A stretch of 64,000 bases of DNA from Elusimicrobiales bacterium (GCA_031082205.1 JAVHLJ010000010.1:954-64953), one strand, 5' to 3'; shown: positions 10,358 to 20,203, counted from the stretch's first letter. The notes: a model not told the origin generated them from the letters alone. Numbers and translations are program-made.

Positions 10358-11272
10358 GCGCTTTACCCTTTCGGGAACGGCCCCGAAAGCGCCGGCCAGC
10401 GCCGCTTTTAACACGATCAGGAGCTCCGCCGGGTCCGTGCCGCGGTTGCGGCGCAGCGATTCCAGCAGGTGCAGCGGGGTCCCGCCGAGCAGCAGGAAGG
10501 CCAGCTGCAGGGCTTTGAGCGGGAAAGAAAAATTACGCCTTATTACCCACAATTTATTCCTGTAGAGATAATACAGGCGTTCCTTCTTGGGCGCCTTCAT
10601 CTCTATATCGTGCAGAACTTTGACCGAAGGAATGTAGCGGACCTTGAAGCCCGCTAGTCCTACGCCCAGGCAGAAATCCACTTCCTCGTGGGCGTTAATA
10701 TAATCCCCGCAGAAACCTCCGCTGCGCCGCAGCGCCTCAGTACGGATCAGGAAACAGCTGGAGTTCAGCCAGTCGCAATCCAGAGGGGACGTCGAGTCCA
10801 TTTCCCGGTATCGGCCATTGAACCGGCCCACGAAATTAGCGCTATGCGCCGTTCTGCCCGGATCGGAAAGGAAACATATTCGCGGACCGGCCACGCCCAA
10901 CGACGGGTCGCGTTCCGCCGCGGAGACCAGCGAGGAGACCAGGTCCGGGGGTAGTACCACGTCGTCGTCCAGGTAAAGCGCGTAACGACTCTCCCCCGCC
11001 AGCTCCCCCTGGAGTCTCTCCCGTCCTCTAGCGATGTCAGCTCGGGAAGAGTTGCGCAGCAGCCTTGCCCCCACCCAGCCGGCGCAGATGAAAGACCCCA
11101 ATAATTTGCCGGCCGATTTATCGGACCCGTCGTCGCTGGCGTCATCGAGGACGGTGAGGTCCATAAGCGGAGCCGGATAATCCTGTGCCAGCAACGAATG
11201 CAGCGTGCGTTCCAGTTCACGCGCGCGGTTGCGGGTACAGAGAGCGACGCTTATCCTCGCCTTGCCCCTCAT
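10349..11272 (-). CDS. Glycosyltransferase family 2
   Basis: VLDDASDDGS, LYLDDD and HEEVDFC motifs. Confidence 0.88.
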   Translation of the reverse strand: MRGKARISVALCTRNRARELERTLHSLLAQDYPAPLMDLTVLDDASDDGSDKSAGKLLGSFICAGWVGARLLRNSSRADIARGRERLQGELAGESRYALYLDDDVVLPPDLVSSLVSAAERDPSLGVAGPRICFLSDPGRTAHSANFVGRFNGRYREMDSTSPLDCDWLNSSCFLIRTEALRRSGGFCGDYINAHEEVDFCLGVGLAGFKVRYIPSVKVLHDIEMKAPKKERLYYLYRNKLWVIRRNFSFPLKALQLAFLLLGGTPLHLLESLRRNRGTDPAELLIVLKAALAGAFGAVPERVKRLP

Positions 11273-12654
11273 GACTCTTTCCCGGCGGGCTTACCGTGGA
11301 CTGAAAGCCCGTGAAGGACCATTATGAACGCCGTAAGCATCCAGAAAGGCTCCATTATGCGCACTATGATAAAAGTGTTCACTCCAAGGCCCTGGAAGAG
11401 AAGGCCGACGAGTCCGATCATGAGTCCCGCCGCGATCGCCTTGACCCAGTCCTCCTCGTAACTCCTGTACACGTGTCGCGCGGCCTTGAAGATGGCCTGG
11501 AGCATCCACAAAAAAATGAAAAAGCCGGCTATGCCCAGCTCTCCGAGCACGAGGGCGTACTGATTGTCTCCCAGGCCTATACCGGTCACACCGCGGCCCA
11601 GGAGGGGGTGCTTCGGCAAATGTTCGGTCAATACCCGGCGCAGTGAGTTATAACGCAGGTAAGCGGACTCCTCGAGGTTGAACTTCACCCCCAGCAACTC
11701 CACTCTTCTCGTCGCCAGCTCGCCCGAATAGGTCATCCTTACGCGGTCCCCCGCTCTTTCCGATATGCCCGGCAGAATAAAGGCCGCTATCGTCATGCCC
11801 AGTAGGGCCGTAAAAAGAAAAAGCTTCCGCCTGGAAAAAATAAGCAGGCTGGCGGGGATCATGGCCGCCAGACCGAGATAAGAGGCCCTGGAATAGGTGA
11901 CCATAAAGGCGGGCAGCACCGCGAGCATCGCCGCTATTGCGGCCGCCGAAACGCGGAACGGCGCGTGGACGACCAGCCCCAGGAGAACCCCGAAAAGCAG
12001 AATGTAATATCCTCCCAGAGAAGCAGGCTCTGATTCTCCCGGGCTCCCTATATCCGCCTCGAAAGGCGCGGTCGCCCTGCCGCCGGGACCGGAGTTCAAA
12101 TAGTAATAGTAAGCGTAAACGGTCACTATGGCGGCCACCAGCAGGGCGACCCGCAGGTACCGCTTGATCTCGTCCTTCGACTGCACGATATTCACGGTCA
12201 TGAAATAAAGAAGGAAATACTGAACGTACTTGAGGACGTAGAAGAACGACACCTTGGCCTCGATTTCCCCGCGGAGTATGCCGAGACCCGTGGAAACGAC
12301 GCAGAGGATGGTATAGACGAGGATAGGCTTATGCACCGGGGTGTCCACGATGAAAGCCCGGCCCTTTTCTATGGCGGTGCGGGCGAACCAGGAGATGAAG
12401 ATGATGGCGATCAGGATGTCGTCATAGCGCACCACGACGTGGCGCTCGCTGATGGCGGTTCCGACCGGTATCTCCGGGGACAGGAGCATGGAGAACACCA
12501 CGAGGAATAGGCTGAGCTTTGGCGAGAAAAAAGCGAAGATGGATATGCCGACGGCCAGGGCTCCTATCACGATGAAGCCCGGCTCCGCGACCGTGACGAA
12601 CCAGCCGGCCAGGACGGCCAGAGCGGACGCGGCTATGGCCAGCAGGTAGTTCAT
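11269..12654 (-). CDS. O-antigen ligase / Wzy polymerase family membrane protein
   Basis: TYSRASY, HPLLGRG and DNQYALVLGELGIAG motifs; downstream of wzc. Confidence 0.82.
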   Translation of the reverse strand: MNYLLAIAASALAVLAGWFVTVAEPGFIVIGALAVGISIFAFFSPKLSLFLVVFSMLLSPEIPVGTAISERHVVVRYDDILIAIIFISWFARTAIEKGRAFIVDTPVHKPILVYTILCVVSTGLGILRGEIEAKVSFFYVLKYVQYFLLYFMTVNIVQSKDEIKRYLRVALLVAAIVTVYAYYYYLNSGPGGRATAPFEADIGSPGESEPASLGGYYILLFGVLLGLVVHAPFRVSAAAIAAMLAVLPAFMVTYSRASYLGLAAMIPASLLIFSRRKLFLFTALLGMTIAAFILPGISERAGDRVRMTYSGELATRRVELLGVKFNLEESAYLRYNSLRRVLTEHLPKHPLLGRGVTGIGLGDNQYALVLGELGIAGFFIFLWMLQAIFKAARHVYRSYEEDWVKAIAAGLMIGLVGLLFQGLGVNTFIIVRIMEPFWMLTAFIMVLHGLSVHGKPAGKES

Positions 12655-12661
12655 CCGCGGT

Positions 12662-14527
12662 TCACCGTTTTACGTAATTATTGTAGTCGTAGTAATAGTA
12701 GCCGTACTGCGGGCCCATCTCGGAGGCGCGCACGCCGTTGAGGACCACGCCGATCATCCGGGCGTTGACGCCGGTGATCTGCTCCTTGGCGCGGCGCAGG
12801 GCGCCGCGGGCGATCTTGCCGGCCTTGTAGACCAGCACGACGCCGTCCGTGTGCTTGGCGAGTATGACGGAATCTATGAAGAGCAGCACCGGGGGGGCGT
12901 CGAAGATCACCACGTCGAATTCGCTCTTGAGCGAGGTCATCAGTTCTTCCCAGCGCCAGGAGTCCAGCAGGTCCACGACGTTGGCCGGCGCGGCGCCGCA
13001 GTTCATTATCTTGAGGTTCTCCACGCCCTGGAAGCGCATCAGGTGTTCGAAATTCATGCCGCCCATGATGAAGTCGGCGCTCTCGGTCACCACGTCCTGC
13101 CATTCCGCGCGCCCGGAGAGAACGTCGCTGAGGCCCGGCTGCTTGTCCAGCCCGAAGATCTGGTAGATGGCGGGGCGCCGCATGTCGGCGTCTATCAGCA
13201 GCGTCTTGAGCCCTGAGTTGGCGCTGGCCAGGGCGAAATTGACGGCGGTGAGAGTCTTGCCTTCCGCGGCCCCGGCGGAGCTGAACACCACGGCGAAGCT
13301 CTCCTTGGTATTGAGGTTGGAGACGATATTGGTCCTAAGCGTGTGGTAGGCCTCGATCACGCTGGAGGCGTAACGCTTGTTGAAGATGAGGGCGCTGCGG
13401 AAGGCCTCGACGGTGTAGCGCTCCTTCTTGAAGAACTGCGTAAGCCAGTTGTCGAGGGGCTTCTCGCTGAGGATATTGGGGATCAGGCCGAGCACGGGCA
13501 GTTTCAGGAAGCCCTCGATGTCCTCTATGGTGCTGATCGAAACGTCCAGGTTCTCCAGTATGAATACCAGCACTATCGCCAGGAACAGGCCCATGAAGAT
13601 GCCGACCATCAGGTTCAGCTGCTTGTTCGGCGATACGGGCGAACCTGACGGCGTCGGCGGGTTTATCACCGTGACGAAGGAAACTATGGAGGAAACGCCG
13701 AGCTTGGCCGACTCGTGCTCCTTGTTGAGCGTGGTGTAGAGCTCCTCCTGCATGCGCAGTTCCCGGGTCATGCGAACCAGCTCGGTCTCCTGGGCGGGGA
13801 TCTCGGCCAGCTTGCCCTGCAGCACGCCTATCCGCTGCTCGATATTCATTATCTCGGGGTGGTTCGGCGTGTACTTCTCCAGGAGTTCGCGCTTGCGTAT
13901 CTCCATGTCCGCCAGCTGATTGGCCAGCACCGAGCTCATGCCGGACTTGGGATTGCGCTCGTAGAAGGACTGCCGCTGGCGCTCCAGCGAGCGGAGGCTG
14001 CTTTCGACCTCCGCTTTCCTGGCTGAAATATCGTCGAGCGTCTTGCGCGCCTGGGCGCTCTTCTGCTCCAGGTCGTACTCGCGGTAGGATTCTATGACCG
14101 CCTGGACGGTCCTGGCGGCCATCTGCGGATTGGGGCTGAACGCCGATATGCTGATGAGGTTGGAGTCCTGCAGTCTTTCGGCCTTATAAGAGCCCAGAAG
14201 CGAAGCCACCCGCTGCGTGTCGGCTCCGTCGCGCTTGAGGACGCCCAGCCGGGACGCCGCCCGCTCCGCCACTTCCGAGGACATTATCACCCGCAGCTCG
14301 GTTGCTACGGCTCCCCACGGGTCCCACTCGGTAACCTCGGAGCCGGGCAGCCTGGCGTAACTGGCCGGCGGCTTGAATTTTATCACGCCCTGGCTCTTGT
14401 AGGTCACGGGCTGCAGGCGCGTGTAAAAAAGCACCGAGATTATGGTGACCGCGAAAGTGAGCATCGCCACCCATTTGCGGCGGTTTATGATGCGCCAGTA
14501 GTCGTAAAGGGTCAGCTCGGAATTCAT
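12662..14527 (-). CDS. wzc: Polysaccharide co-polymerase / tyrosine autokinase Wzc
   Basis: Wzz-like N-terminus, Walker A AEGKT, IDADMRRP, IFDAPP, Tyr-rich tail YGYYYYDY; ATG overlaps the wza stop (TGATG). Confidence 0.93.
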   Translation of the reverse strand: MNSELTLYDYWRIINRRKWVAMLTFAVTIISVLFYTRLQPVTYKSQGVIKFKPPASYARLPGSEVTEWDPWGAVATELRVIMSSEVAERAASRLGVLKRDGADTQRVASLLGSYKAERLQDSNLISISAFSPNPQMAARTVQAVIESYREYDLEQKSAQARKTLDDISARKAEVESSLRSLERQRQSFYERNPKSGMSSVLANQLADMEIRKRELLEKYTPNHPEIMNIEQRIGVLQGKLAEIPAQETELVRMTRELRMQEELYTTLNKEHESAKLGVSSIVSFVTVINPPTPSGSPVSPNKQLNLMVGIFMGLFLAIVLVFILENLDVSISTIEDIEGFLKLPVLGLIPNILSEKPLDNWLTQFFKKERYTVEAFRSALIFNKRYASSVIEAYHTLRTNIVSNLNTKESFAVVFSSAGAAEGKTLTAVNFALASANSGLKTLLIDADMRRPAIYQIFGLDKQPGLSDVLSGRAEWQDVVTESADFIMGGMNFEHLMRFQGVENLKIMNCGAAPANVVDLLDSWRWEELMTSLKSEFDVVIFDAPPVLLFIDSVILAKHTDGVVLVYKAGKIARGALRRAKEQITGVNARMIGVVLNGVRASEMGPQYGYYYYDYNNYVKR

Positions 14528-15213
14528 CAGCGTCCGTCCGTGGCAAGGTGAAGGCTCAAAGCGAAAGTCCCCAGCATCAGCCAGGGCAGCAGGTTGTCCG
14601 TAAGCCATTTGGTGGTGGTGGTGAACTTCTTGCGCGGCACATAGACCACGTCCCCGGGCTTGAGGGCTATATTCTTGTCCATCCGGCCTTCGAAGACCTC
14701 GTCCAGCCGGGCCTCGAAGACCTCTTCCCTCACGTCACCGCCGTCGGACTTCACGCTCCTGAAGACGCGGAGATCTCCCGTACGGGCGTAATCCTGCAGC
14801 CCGCCCGACTGGGCGACAAGCTCCAGCAGTTTCATCCCCTCCCGGTACTCGAAATAGCCGGGATTGCGCACCTGGCCGATGACGGCGACCCTGTAGGAGG
14901 AGAACTTCCTGACATTGACGGTGATAGAGGGGTTCGAAACGTACTTGGAGAACCTGGCCGTAAGGATGTTCTGCAGGTCTTCCGCCTTCATGCCCTGGAC
15001 CTTGACCGAGCCCAGCAGGGGGATCTCGATGGTACCGTCGGGCTGCACAGTGACCTCCCTGGAGAACTCCTCAGCGGGAAAGACATTGACGCTTATGACG
15101 TCGCCCGGAGATATGTAGTGGACGCCGGCCGCGGCGAGGGACAAACCCTGGGCGCAGAGTCCGGCCGGGAAGGAATTGAGCAAGAGTGTCAAAGCGACTG
15201 CCAGTCTTTTCAT
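14527..15213 (-). CDS. wza: Polysaccharide export protein (Poly_export + SLBB), Wza-like
   Basis: Signal peptide, ISPGDVI, VQPDGTIEIPLLG, VIGQVRNPG and LKPGDVVYVP. Confidence 0.9.
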   Translation of the reverse strand: MKRLAVALTLLLNSFPAGLCAQGLSLAAAGVHYISPGDVISVNVFPAEEFSREVTVQPDGTIEIPLLGSVKVQGMKAEDLQNILTARFSKYVSNPSITVNVRKFSSYRVAVIGQVRNPGYFEYREGMKLLELVAQSGGLQDYARTGDLRVFRSVKSDGGDVREEVFEARLDEVFEGRMDKNIALKPGDVVYVPRKKFTTTTKWLTDNLLPWLMLGTFALSLHLATDGR

Positions 15214-15256
15214 ATAAGCCCCCGGATCGCCGCGGATACTTAATTATAACTATTTA

Positions 15257-15856
15257 TCAGCGCCGGCCGGGATTTTCCACGGCCTTCGAAAGGGTGCGCA
15301 CGATGGCCCTCAACTCCTCTACCTTCCTCTCCAGTTCCTTTTCCCTGGCGCCGTCCTGGGCGGGAGCGACGGAGAAGGACTGGCCGGATGGCGAGCGCAT
15401 CTCGAGGGCCTCTATCTTGCGCCTGAGCCGCTCTATCTTCTCGGTGACGCCGAACTCCAGCGCCCCGCGGCGGCGGGAATTGAAATAGTACCCGACCAGC
15501 ATCAGGAAGGATGCTATGGCGAAGAGCATGAAGGCGACCGACCCGAAAAGCACCAGGTAAGGATAGCCGCCGATCACCCCCAGCGCCGAGGCCAGGACCG
15601 ATATCAGCAGGCCGAAGATCAGGGTCTCCTTGTTCTCGGCCCAGATGAGGGAACCGTGATGGGCCGCGGGCTGCTCGGCCGCGGGCTCGGGCAAGGGCCG
15701 CCGTCCTCGGCTGGTTATACCGGGGCCGGGCGCGGGCCTGAACGCCGGGGCCTGGGAAACCGGCGGCTCGGGAGCCCGGTTTCTGCGTTCGGCCTCCGGG
15801 GTCTCCTCGCGCAGCCTGCCCAGCATCCGGGCGAGGTCTTCCATGCCGCCGCCCAT
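15257..15856 (-). CDS. Hypothetical protein: Pro-rich N-terminus, two TM helices, C-terminal coiled coil
   Basis: Translationally coupled to the upstream gene (TAATG); host-like codon usage. Confidence 0.7.
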   Translation of the reverse strand: MGGGMEDLARMLGRLREETPEAERRNRAPEPPVSQAPAFRPAPGPGITSRGRRPLPEPAAEQPAAHHGSLIWAENKETLIFGLLISVLASALGVIGGYPYLVLFGSVAFMLFAIASFLMLVGYYFNSRRRGALEFGVTEKIERLRRKIEALEMRSPSGQSFSVAPAQDGAREKELERKVEELRAIVRTLSKAVENPGRR

Positions 15857-16554
15857 TATTTCCTCCCCGCGTCGCGCAGCGCGGCTTCCCGCTCGGCCAG
15901 CGATCTCTCCCTGGCCTGCAGTTCGGCGCGAGCCCTTTCGAAAGTCTTTATCAGTTCGGCCTTCTTGAGGGCGAACTCGTCCTCCATGATCTTCTCACGG
16001 GCGTCCAGCGCCCTGGCCTTCTCGGCCCGGGCCTTTTCCTGGGCCTGCGCCCGAAGTTCCAGTTCGCGGCTCTTGCCCTCCCACGAGGCGAGCATCTCCT
16101 GCTCCTTCTTGTTGAGCTTGTCGTAGAGCTCCTGCATCCTGGTCACGTAGCGGGAATTGAGCTCGCTCTCGCTCTCTGCGCCGGCGGCGCGGGCGTCGGC
16201 CAGCTCGGAATCCTTGCGCCTGAGCGTTTCGGCCAGTTCCGCCATCTTCTTGTGCAGCCCGGCGCGTTCGGCGTCGCCGGCCGCCGCGCGCTCCTTGAGG
16301 TCCTTTATCTGGGCCTCCAGCACCGCGACTTTTTCCGCGTGCTCGCGCTCGGCTATGGCCAGCCGGCCGGCATAGCCGGCCTCGTACTCGCCCAGCACTT
16401 TCTCCATCGAGGTCACTTCGTCGCCGAATTCCTCTATGAGCGCGCTGACATGGACGGCGGCCGGGTTCTTCTCGTCCCAGAGCCTGCGGGAGAGGGTCTG
16501 CAGGTTGCGCACCAGGTCGAGCGGCACGCATTTTACGGCTTTTTCCTTTTCCAT
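15856..16554 (-). CDS. Hypothetical coiled-coil protein
   Basis: E/K/R/A heptad-rich 232 aa; starts 1 bp after the upstream stop. Confidence 0.75.
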   Translation of the reverse strand: MEKEKAVKCVPLDLVRNLQTLSRRLWDEKNPAAVHVSALIEEFGDEVTSMEKVLGEYEAGYAGRLAIAEREHAEKVAVLEAQIKDLKERAAAGDAERAGLHKKMAELAETLRRKDSELADARAAGAESESELNSRYVTRMQELYDKLNKKEQEMLASWEGKSRELELRAQAQEKARAEKARALDAREKIMEDEFALKKAELIKTFERARAELQARERSLAEREAALRDAGRK

Positions 16555-16555
16555 A

Positions 16556-19261
16556 TTATTTCTTGCCCTTGTACTCGGCTATGGCGCGGGAGAGCTCTAT
16601 GCGCATCTTCTCCAGCTCCGCGGACTTGCGCGCGTAATCCTTATCCAGCTCCAGCCGGCGCGCTTCCAGGTCCCGCTCCCTGGCGGCGTCTGCGCGGCGC
16701 ATCTCTCCTATCTCCTGGTCTATGGCCGCGGCTTTCGTGGCCAGTTCGGCCTGGCGCGCGTCCAGGTCCAGCTGCTTGCGCCCGTAGACGGCCTCGCGTT
16801 CCTTGAGCATCCGGTCCTTGCTGCCTGCCAGCTCTTCCAGCCGCGCCAGGCGCTCCTCGTAATCCTTGCGGGTCTGCTCGACCTGCCTGAAGTAGCCCTC
16901 TTCCAGCTCAAGCTGGCGCTTCTGGAACTCGGCGATGACGTCCTTGAACTTCTCCTCCTGCTCGGCCAGCTGCCGGACCACTATCTCGGCGGCTTCCTGC
17001 TTGTGGGCTATGAGCTGGCGTTCGAGGTCGGCTATCTTGAGGCCGGCGGCTTCCGTGTACTTCTCGCGCTTGGAAAGCTCGGCCAGCAGCCGGTCTTTCT
17101 CGGCGGCGGCTGCTTCGCGCGACTTGGCGAGCTCCAGCTCGTAGTCGTCGCGCATGGAGGAGATCTCCTCCTCGGCCATCGCTATCTTCCTCACCAGGCC
17201 CTCGGTGGCTTTCTCCACCGCGGCGCGGGTGCGGGCGTCCAGCTCGGCGGCGTGGGACTCGCGCAGGGCCAGGGTCTCTTCCTTGTGCTCGCGGACCTTC
17301 TGCATCATCTCGTCGAAGACCTTGGCGGAACGCGTGCCGGCGGCGGCGGCCTCTTCGCGCAGCGCGGCTATGTTGGCGCGCAGGGCCTCGTTCTCCGCGC
17401 GGAGCTGGGCCAGTCGCACCTCTGCGGTCTTATCGCTCTGCTCGGACTTGCGGGCGTAGTCGGCCTCGAGGGCGGCGCGCAGCTGCGCGGTCTCGTCCTC
17501 GAGCTCCGCCCGCCTGGCCTCGTAGCGGCCTTCGAGCTCGGCGACCTTCTGCGAGAGGGCGCTGCTCTCCTCGAAAGCCTGCCTGGCGCGGCATTCGCGC
17601 TCCGTCCTGGCCGCCGACGAACGGGCTTCGGCGAGGTCGTTCTCCAGCCTTGAAACCTTGTCCTCGAGCTCCGCCCTGAGCGACTTCAGTTCCTCGAGCG
17701 CGGAAGCCAGGGCCGCGGTGCGCACGGCGACGGCCTCCTCTATGCGGGCCAGCGCCTCTTTCTCCGAGGCGGCGCGCGCCTCGCCCAGCTCGCGGCTGAA
17801 CCGGGCTTCCGCGGCCACCAGCTCCTCGCCGGCCCGGCGGTTGGCCTCCATCAGCGAGCGGGCCTCGGAACGGGCGGACTCGGCGCTCTTCTCGGCGCCC
17901 GCCACGAGCGCCTCCAGGCGTTCCTTCTCGGCGGCCCAGAGGTTCCTCTGTGATTCCAGCGCGGCGGAGAATTCCTCCTCGCGCGCCCTGAACGTTTCGT
18001 TGGCGGACGCCAGGGCGGCGTCGCGCTCGGCGCGCGCGCCGGCCTCAAGAGCTATGATCTTGTTCTCAAGTTCCTTTATGCGCTCAGCCGACTCCGAGGA
18101 CACGGCCGACGCCCTTTTCTGTGACTCAAGTCGTATCGCCGCGCCCCTGGCGCGCTCCGCTTCAAGCTCCGCCCCGAGAGCGGAAACCTGGGCCGAGTAA
18201 CGTCGCTCTATCTCTGACGACCTTTTTTCAAGGGCCGCTTCGTAGGAGGCGGCCAGTTCGGCCTCGCGGGCGGCGAAAGCGGCGGTCGCGGACTCCATCT
18301 CGGCCACGCGCGCGCGGAAAAATTCGTCCTTCTTCGCCAACTGACGCATGACCTCATCCGCGGTCCGTTCCTGCACTGAAGCCATTGAGTTCTCGAGCTC
18401 GCGTATCTTATCCTGCGCGTTGCGGAACTGTTCCTCCCGCACGCGCTGTTCGTCCACCAGGCGGGAGCGCTCCACGGCCCAGGTGGATTCCAGCGAGCGC
18501 AGCTGCTGCGCGTGCTCGGAGTCCACGGAGCGCATCCTGGCGTCCAGCGAGGCTTCGAGTTCGGCGCGCAGACGGCGGAAATTCCCCTCCAGCTCTGTCT
18601 TCTTGGCGAGGAACTCGCTCTCGAGCTCCTTGCGGCGCGACTCGATGCCGCCCTCGGAGCCGCGCAGGGACTTCTCCAGCATCTCTATGCGGGACTTCAG
18701 TTCGGCTTCCTTGGATTTGTAGTTGCGCTCCAGAGAGGTCAGGCGGGACTGGTGCTCGGCCTCCACTTCGGAGCGGAGCGAATCGTATTTGGCCTGCGCT
18801 TCGCTCAGGCGCGCGGCGTACTGGGTCTCGACGTCCAGCAGGCGCTGGTTCCAGCGCTCTATGACGCCCTTCTGCTTGCGGTCGAGTTCCTCGAACTTGG
18901 CCTGGTACTCCTCCTCCAGCGCGGAGCGGAGCTGGTCGAGGCGGTTCTCCTTGCGCAGCAGCTGCTGCAGGTCGAGCTTGCCCTCCCCCAGGAGGGACAT
19001 GGTGGCTTCCAGCTTGGAGTAGAAGCCCTCTTTTTCATCGAGTGTCTTGGAGCGGCTGCGGAAGGATTCCTCCAGCTCGCGGACGCGGGATTCCAGCTGC
19101 TTGCGGTCCCCTTCGGAAAGGTTCAGGTTCTTCTTGAGCTCGGCGCGCTCTTTCTCGATGCCGTTGAGGCGCTCCAGCGCCCAGCGCAGCGTCATCCTCG
19201 CGGTGTCTATGCTGGTAACGTCGTTGACCAGCTGCTCGAGCTCGTTGTATTCGTCGGCCAT
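16556..19261 (-). CDS. Large (901 aa) coiled-coil protein
   Basis: AAGGAG RBS before MADEYNELEQ; continuous heptad-rich sequence with no ATPase motif. Confidence 0.8.
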   Translation of the reverse strand: MADEYNELEQLVNDVTSIDTARMTLRWALERLNGIEKERAELKKNLNLSEGDRKQLESRVRELEESFRSRSKTLDEKEGFYSKLEATMSLLGEGKLDLQQLLRKENRLDQLRSALEEEYQAKFEELDRKQKGVIERWNQRLLDVETQYAARLSEAQAKYDSLRSEVEAEHQSRLTSLERNYKSKEAELKSRIEMLEKSLRGSEGGIESRRKELESEFLAKKTELEGNFRRLRAELEASLDARMRSVDSEHAQQLRSLESTWAVERSRLVDEQRVREEQFRNAQDKIRELENSMASVQERTADEVMRQLAKKDEFFRARVAEMESATAAFAAREAELAASYEAALEKRSSEIERRYSAQVSALGAELEAERARGAAIRLESQKRASAVSSESAERIKELENKIIALEAGARAERDAALASANETFRAREEEFSAALESQRNLWAAEKERLEALVAGAEKSAESARSEARSLMEANRRAGEELVAAEARFSRELGEARAASEKEALARIEEAVAVRTAALASALEELKSLRAELEDKVSRLENDLAEARSSAARTERECRARQAFEESSALSQKVAELEGRYEARRAELEDETAQLRAALEADYARKSEQSDKTAEVRLAQLRAENEALRANIAALREEAAAAGTRSAKVFDEMMQKVREHKEETLALRESHAAELDARTRAAVEKATEGLVRKIAMAEEEISSMRDDYELELAKSREAAAAEKDRLLAELSKREKYTEAAGLKIADLERQLIAHKQEAAEIVVRQLAEQEEKFKDVIAEFQKRQLELEEGYFRQVEQTRKDYEERLARLEELAGSKDRMLKEREAVYGRKQLDLDARQAELATKAAAIDQEIGEMRRADAARERDLEARRLELDKDYARKSAELEKMRIELSRAIAEYKGKK

Positions 19262-19287
19262 AGTTCGCTCCTTAAATCGACAGTAAC

Positions 19288-19346
19288 AGTTTAACATGGC
19301 CCGCCCCCCTCTTCAATAAAGGGATTGTTAAATGAATGTTAAATGA
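19288..19346 (-). promoter_or_regulatory. sigma70-like promoter (TTGAAG-N17-TAAACT) with an upstream TTAACA-N5-TTAACA direct repeat
   Basis: -35 at 19316-19311, -10 at 19293-19288; TCATTTAACA occurs twice with an 11-bp period at 19326-19346. Confidence 0.55.
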
Positions 19347-19398
19347 TTATTACGCCCCATGTGCGCCGGCAGCGCCTATTTTATAGAATCATACCTGG

Positions 19399-19824
19399 AT
19401 GCTCAGGAAAAAGCGGTTCTATTTCTTACTTCTGCTGGCAGGCGCGGCCGCCGCCGCCTGGCACCTGCACCCTTATCTCTTCAGGAGTTTTTTCAGGGTT
19501 TCCGGCACCGTGGACCTGGCCCCCGCTTCCGCGGGCTTCAAGCCCAGGCCGAATACCATGCTGTTCATAGTAGCCCGGGACGAAGGCGGCGTCCCGTTCG
19601 CGGTCCTCAAGGTCATAAACCCGTCCTTCCCGCTGTCCTACTCGATGGACAGCTCCGACCTGATACTGCCGGAGCTGCTGCCGCTGAGGCTGCGGCTGGA
19701 GGCCTTTCTCAACACCCACGGGGAGATAGGCTCGCCCAGGCGGGGAGATCTTTACGGCTCGCTGGACCGGGACGTTTTCCTGTCCGATAAGGACTGCGAC
19801 CTGCTGCTCGACAGGGAGGAATAG
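19399..19824 (+). CDS. Membrane-anchored protein resembling the C-terminal Ig-like domain of CcmI/CycH
   Basis: N-terminal TM; VSGTVDLAP...MLFIVAR...PFAV...FPLSYSM...GDLYG pattern. Confidence 0.55.
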   Translation: MLRKKRFYFLLLLAGAAAAAWHLHPYLFRSFFRVSGTVDLAPASAGFKPRPNTMLFIVARDEGGVPFAVLKVINPSFPLSYSMDSSDLILPELLPLRLRLEAFLNTHGEIGSPRRGDLYGSLDRDVFLSDKDCDLLLDREE

Positions 19825-19950
19825 GGACCTTGGGCCCATCACGGACTGGGCCCCGGGACCCTGCCGCGGAGGGGCGGCAGGAGCTATACTTTTTACAGGG
19901 TGGTCCCCGCGGCTTCAGCGCCCGAAGCGGGGGACCAAAGAGGGGGCAGT

Positions 19951-20124
19951 ATGACTTGGGAAGAGCTCTCCAGGAAGTACGATAGCGACAATGACCGCAG
20001 GAGGGAGTCCAGGACGGCCGTAAAAGGCAGGCCCTGGCAGGAGATAATGAAGTCGACCGACAAGCTGGTCTGGCTTTTCCTGCTGACCGACGGCAACAAA
20101 AGCAAGGCCGCTAAAGCGGGCTGA
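19951..20124 (+). CDS. Small hypothetical protein (57 aa)
   Basis: AGAGGGGG RBS, upstream TATACT at 19885 and a downstream intrinsic terminator. Confidence 0.6.
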   Translation: MTWEELSRKYDSDNDRRRESRTAVKGRPWQEIMKSTDKLVWLFLLTDGNKSKAAKAG

Positions 20125-20145
20125 CGGCGGGAACCGCCGGAAATG

Positions 20146-20185
20146 AGGACCGCCGGGGTTCAAGCCCGGCGGTCCTTTTTTTTTT
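20146..20185 (+). terminator. Intrinsic terminator
   Basis: AGGACCGCCGGG/CCCGGCGGTCCT stem followed by a T run. Confidence 0.88.
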
Positions 20186-20203
20186 GCGGCGCGGGCGCGC
20201 CGG

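Noticed and set aside
16556-19261. SMC/SbcC or phage tape-measure protein
   Set aside because: No Walker A/B, signature or hinge motifs, and no phage genes nearby.
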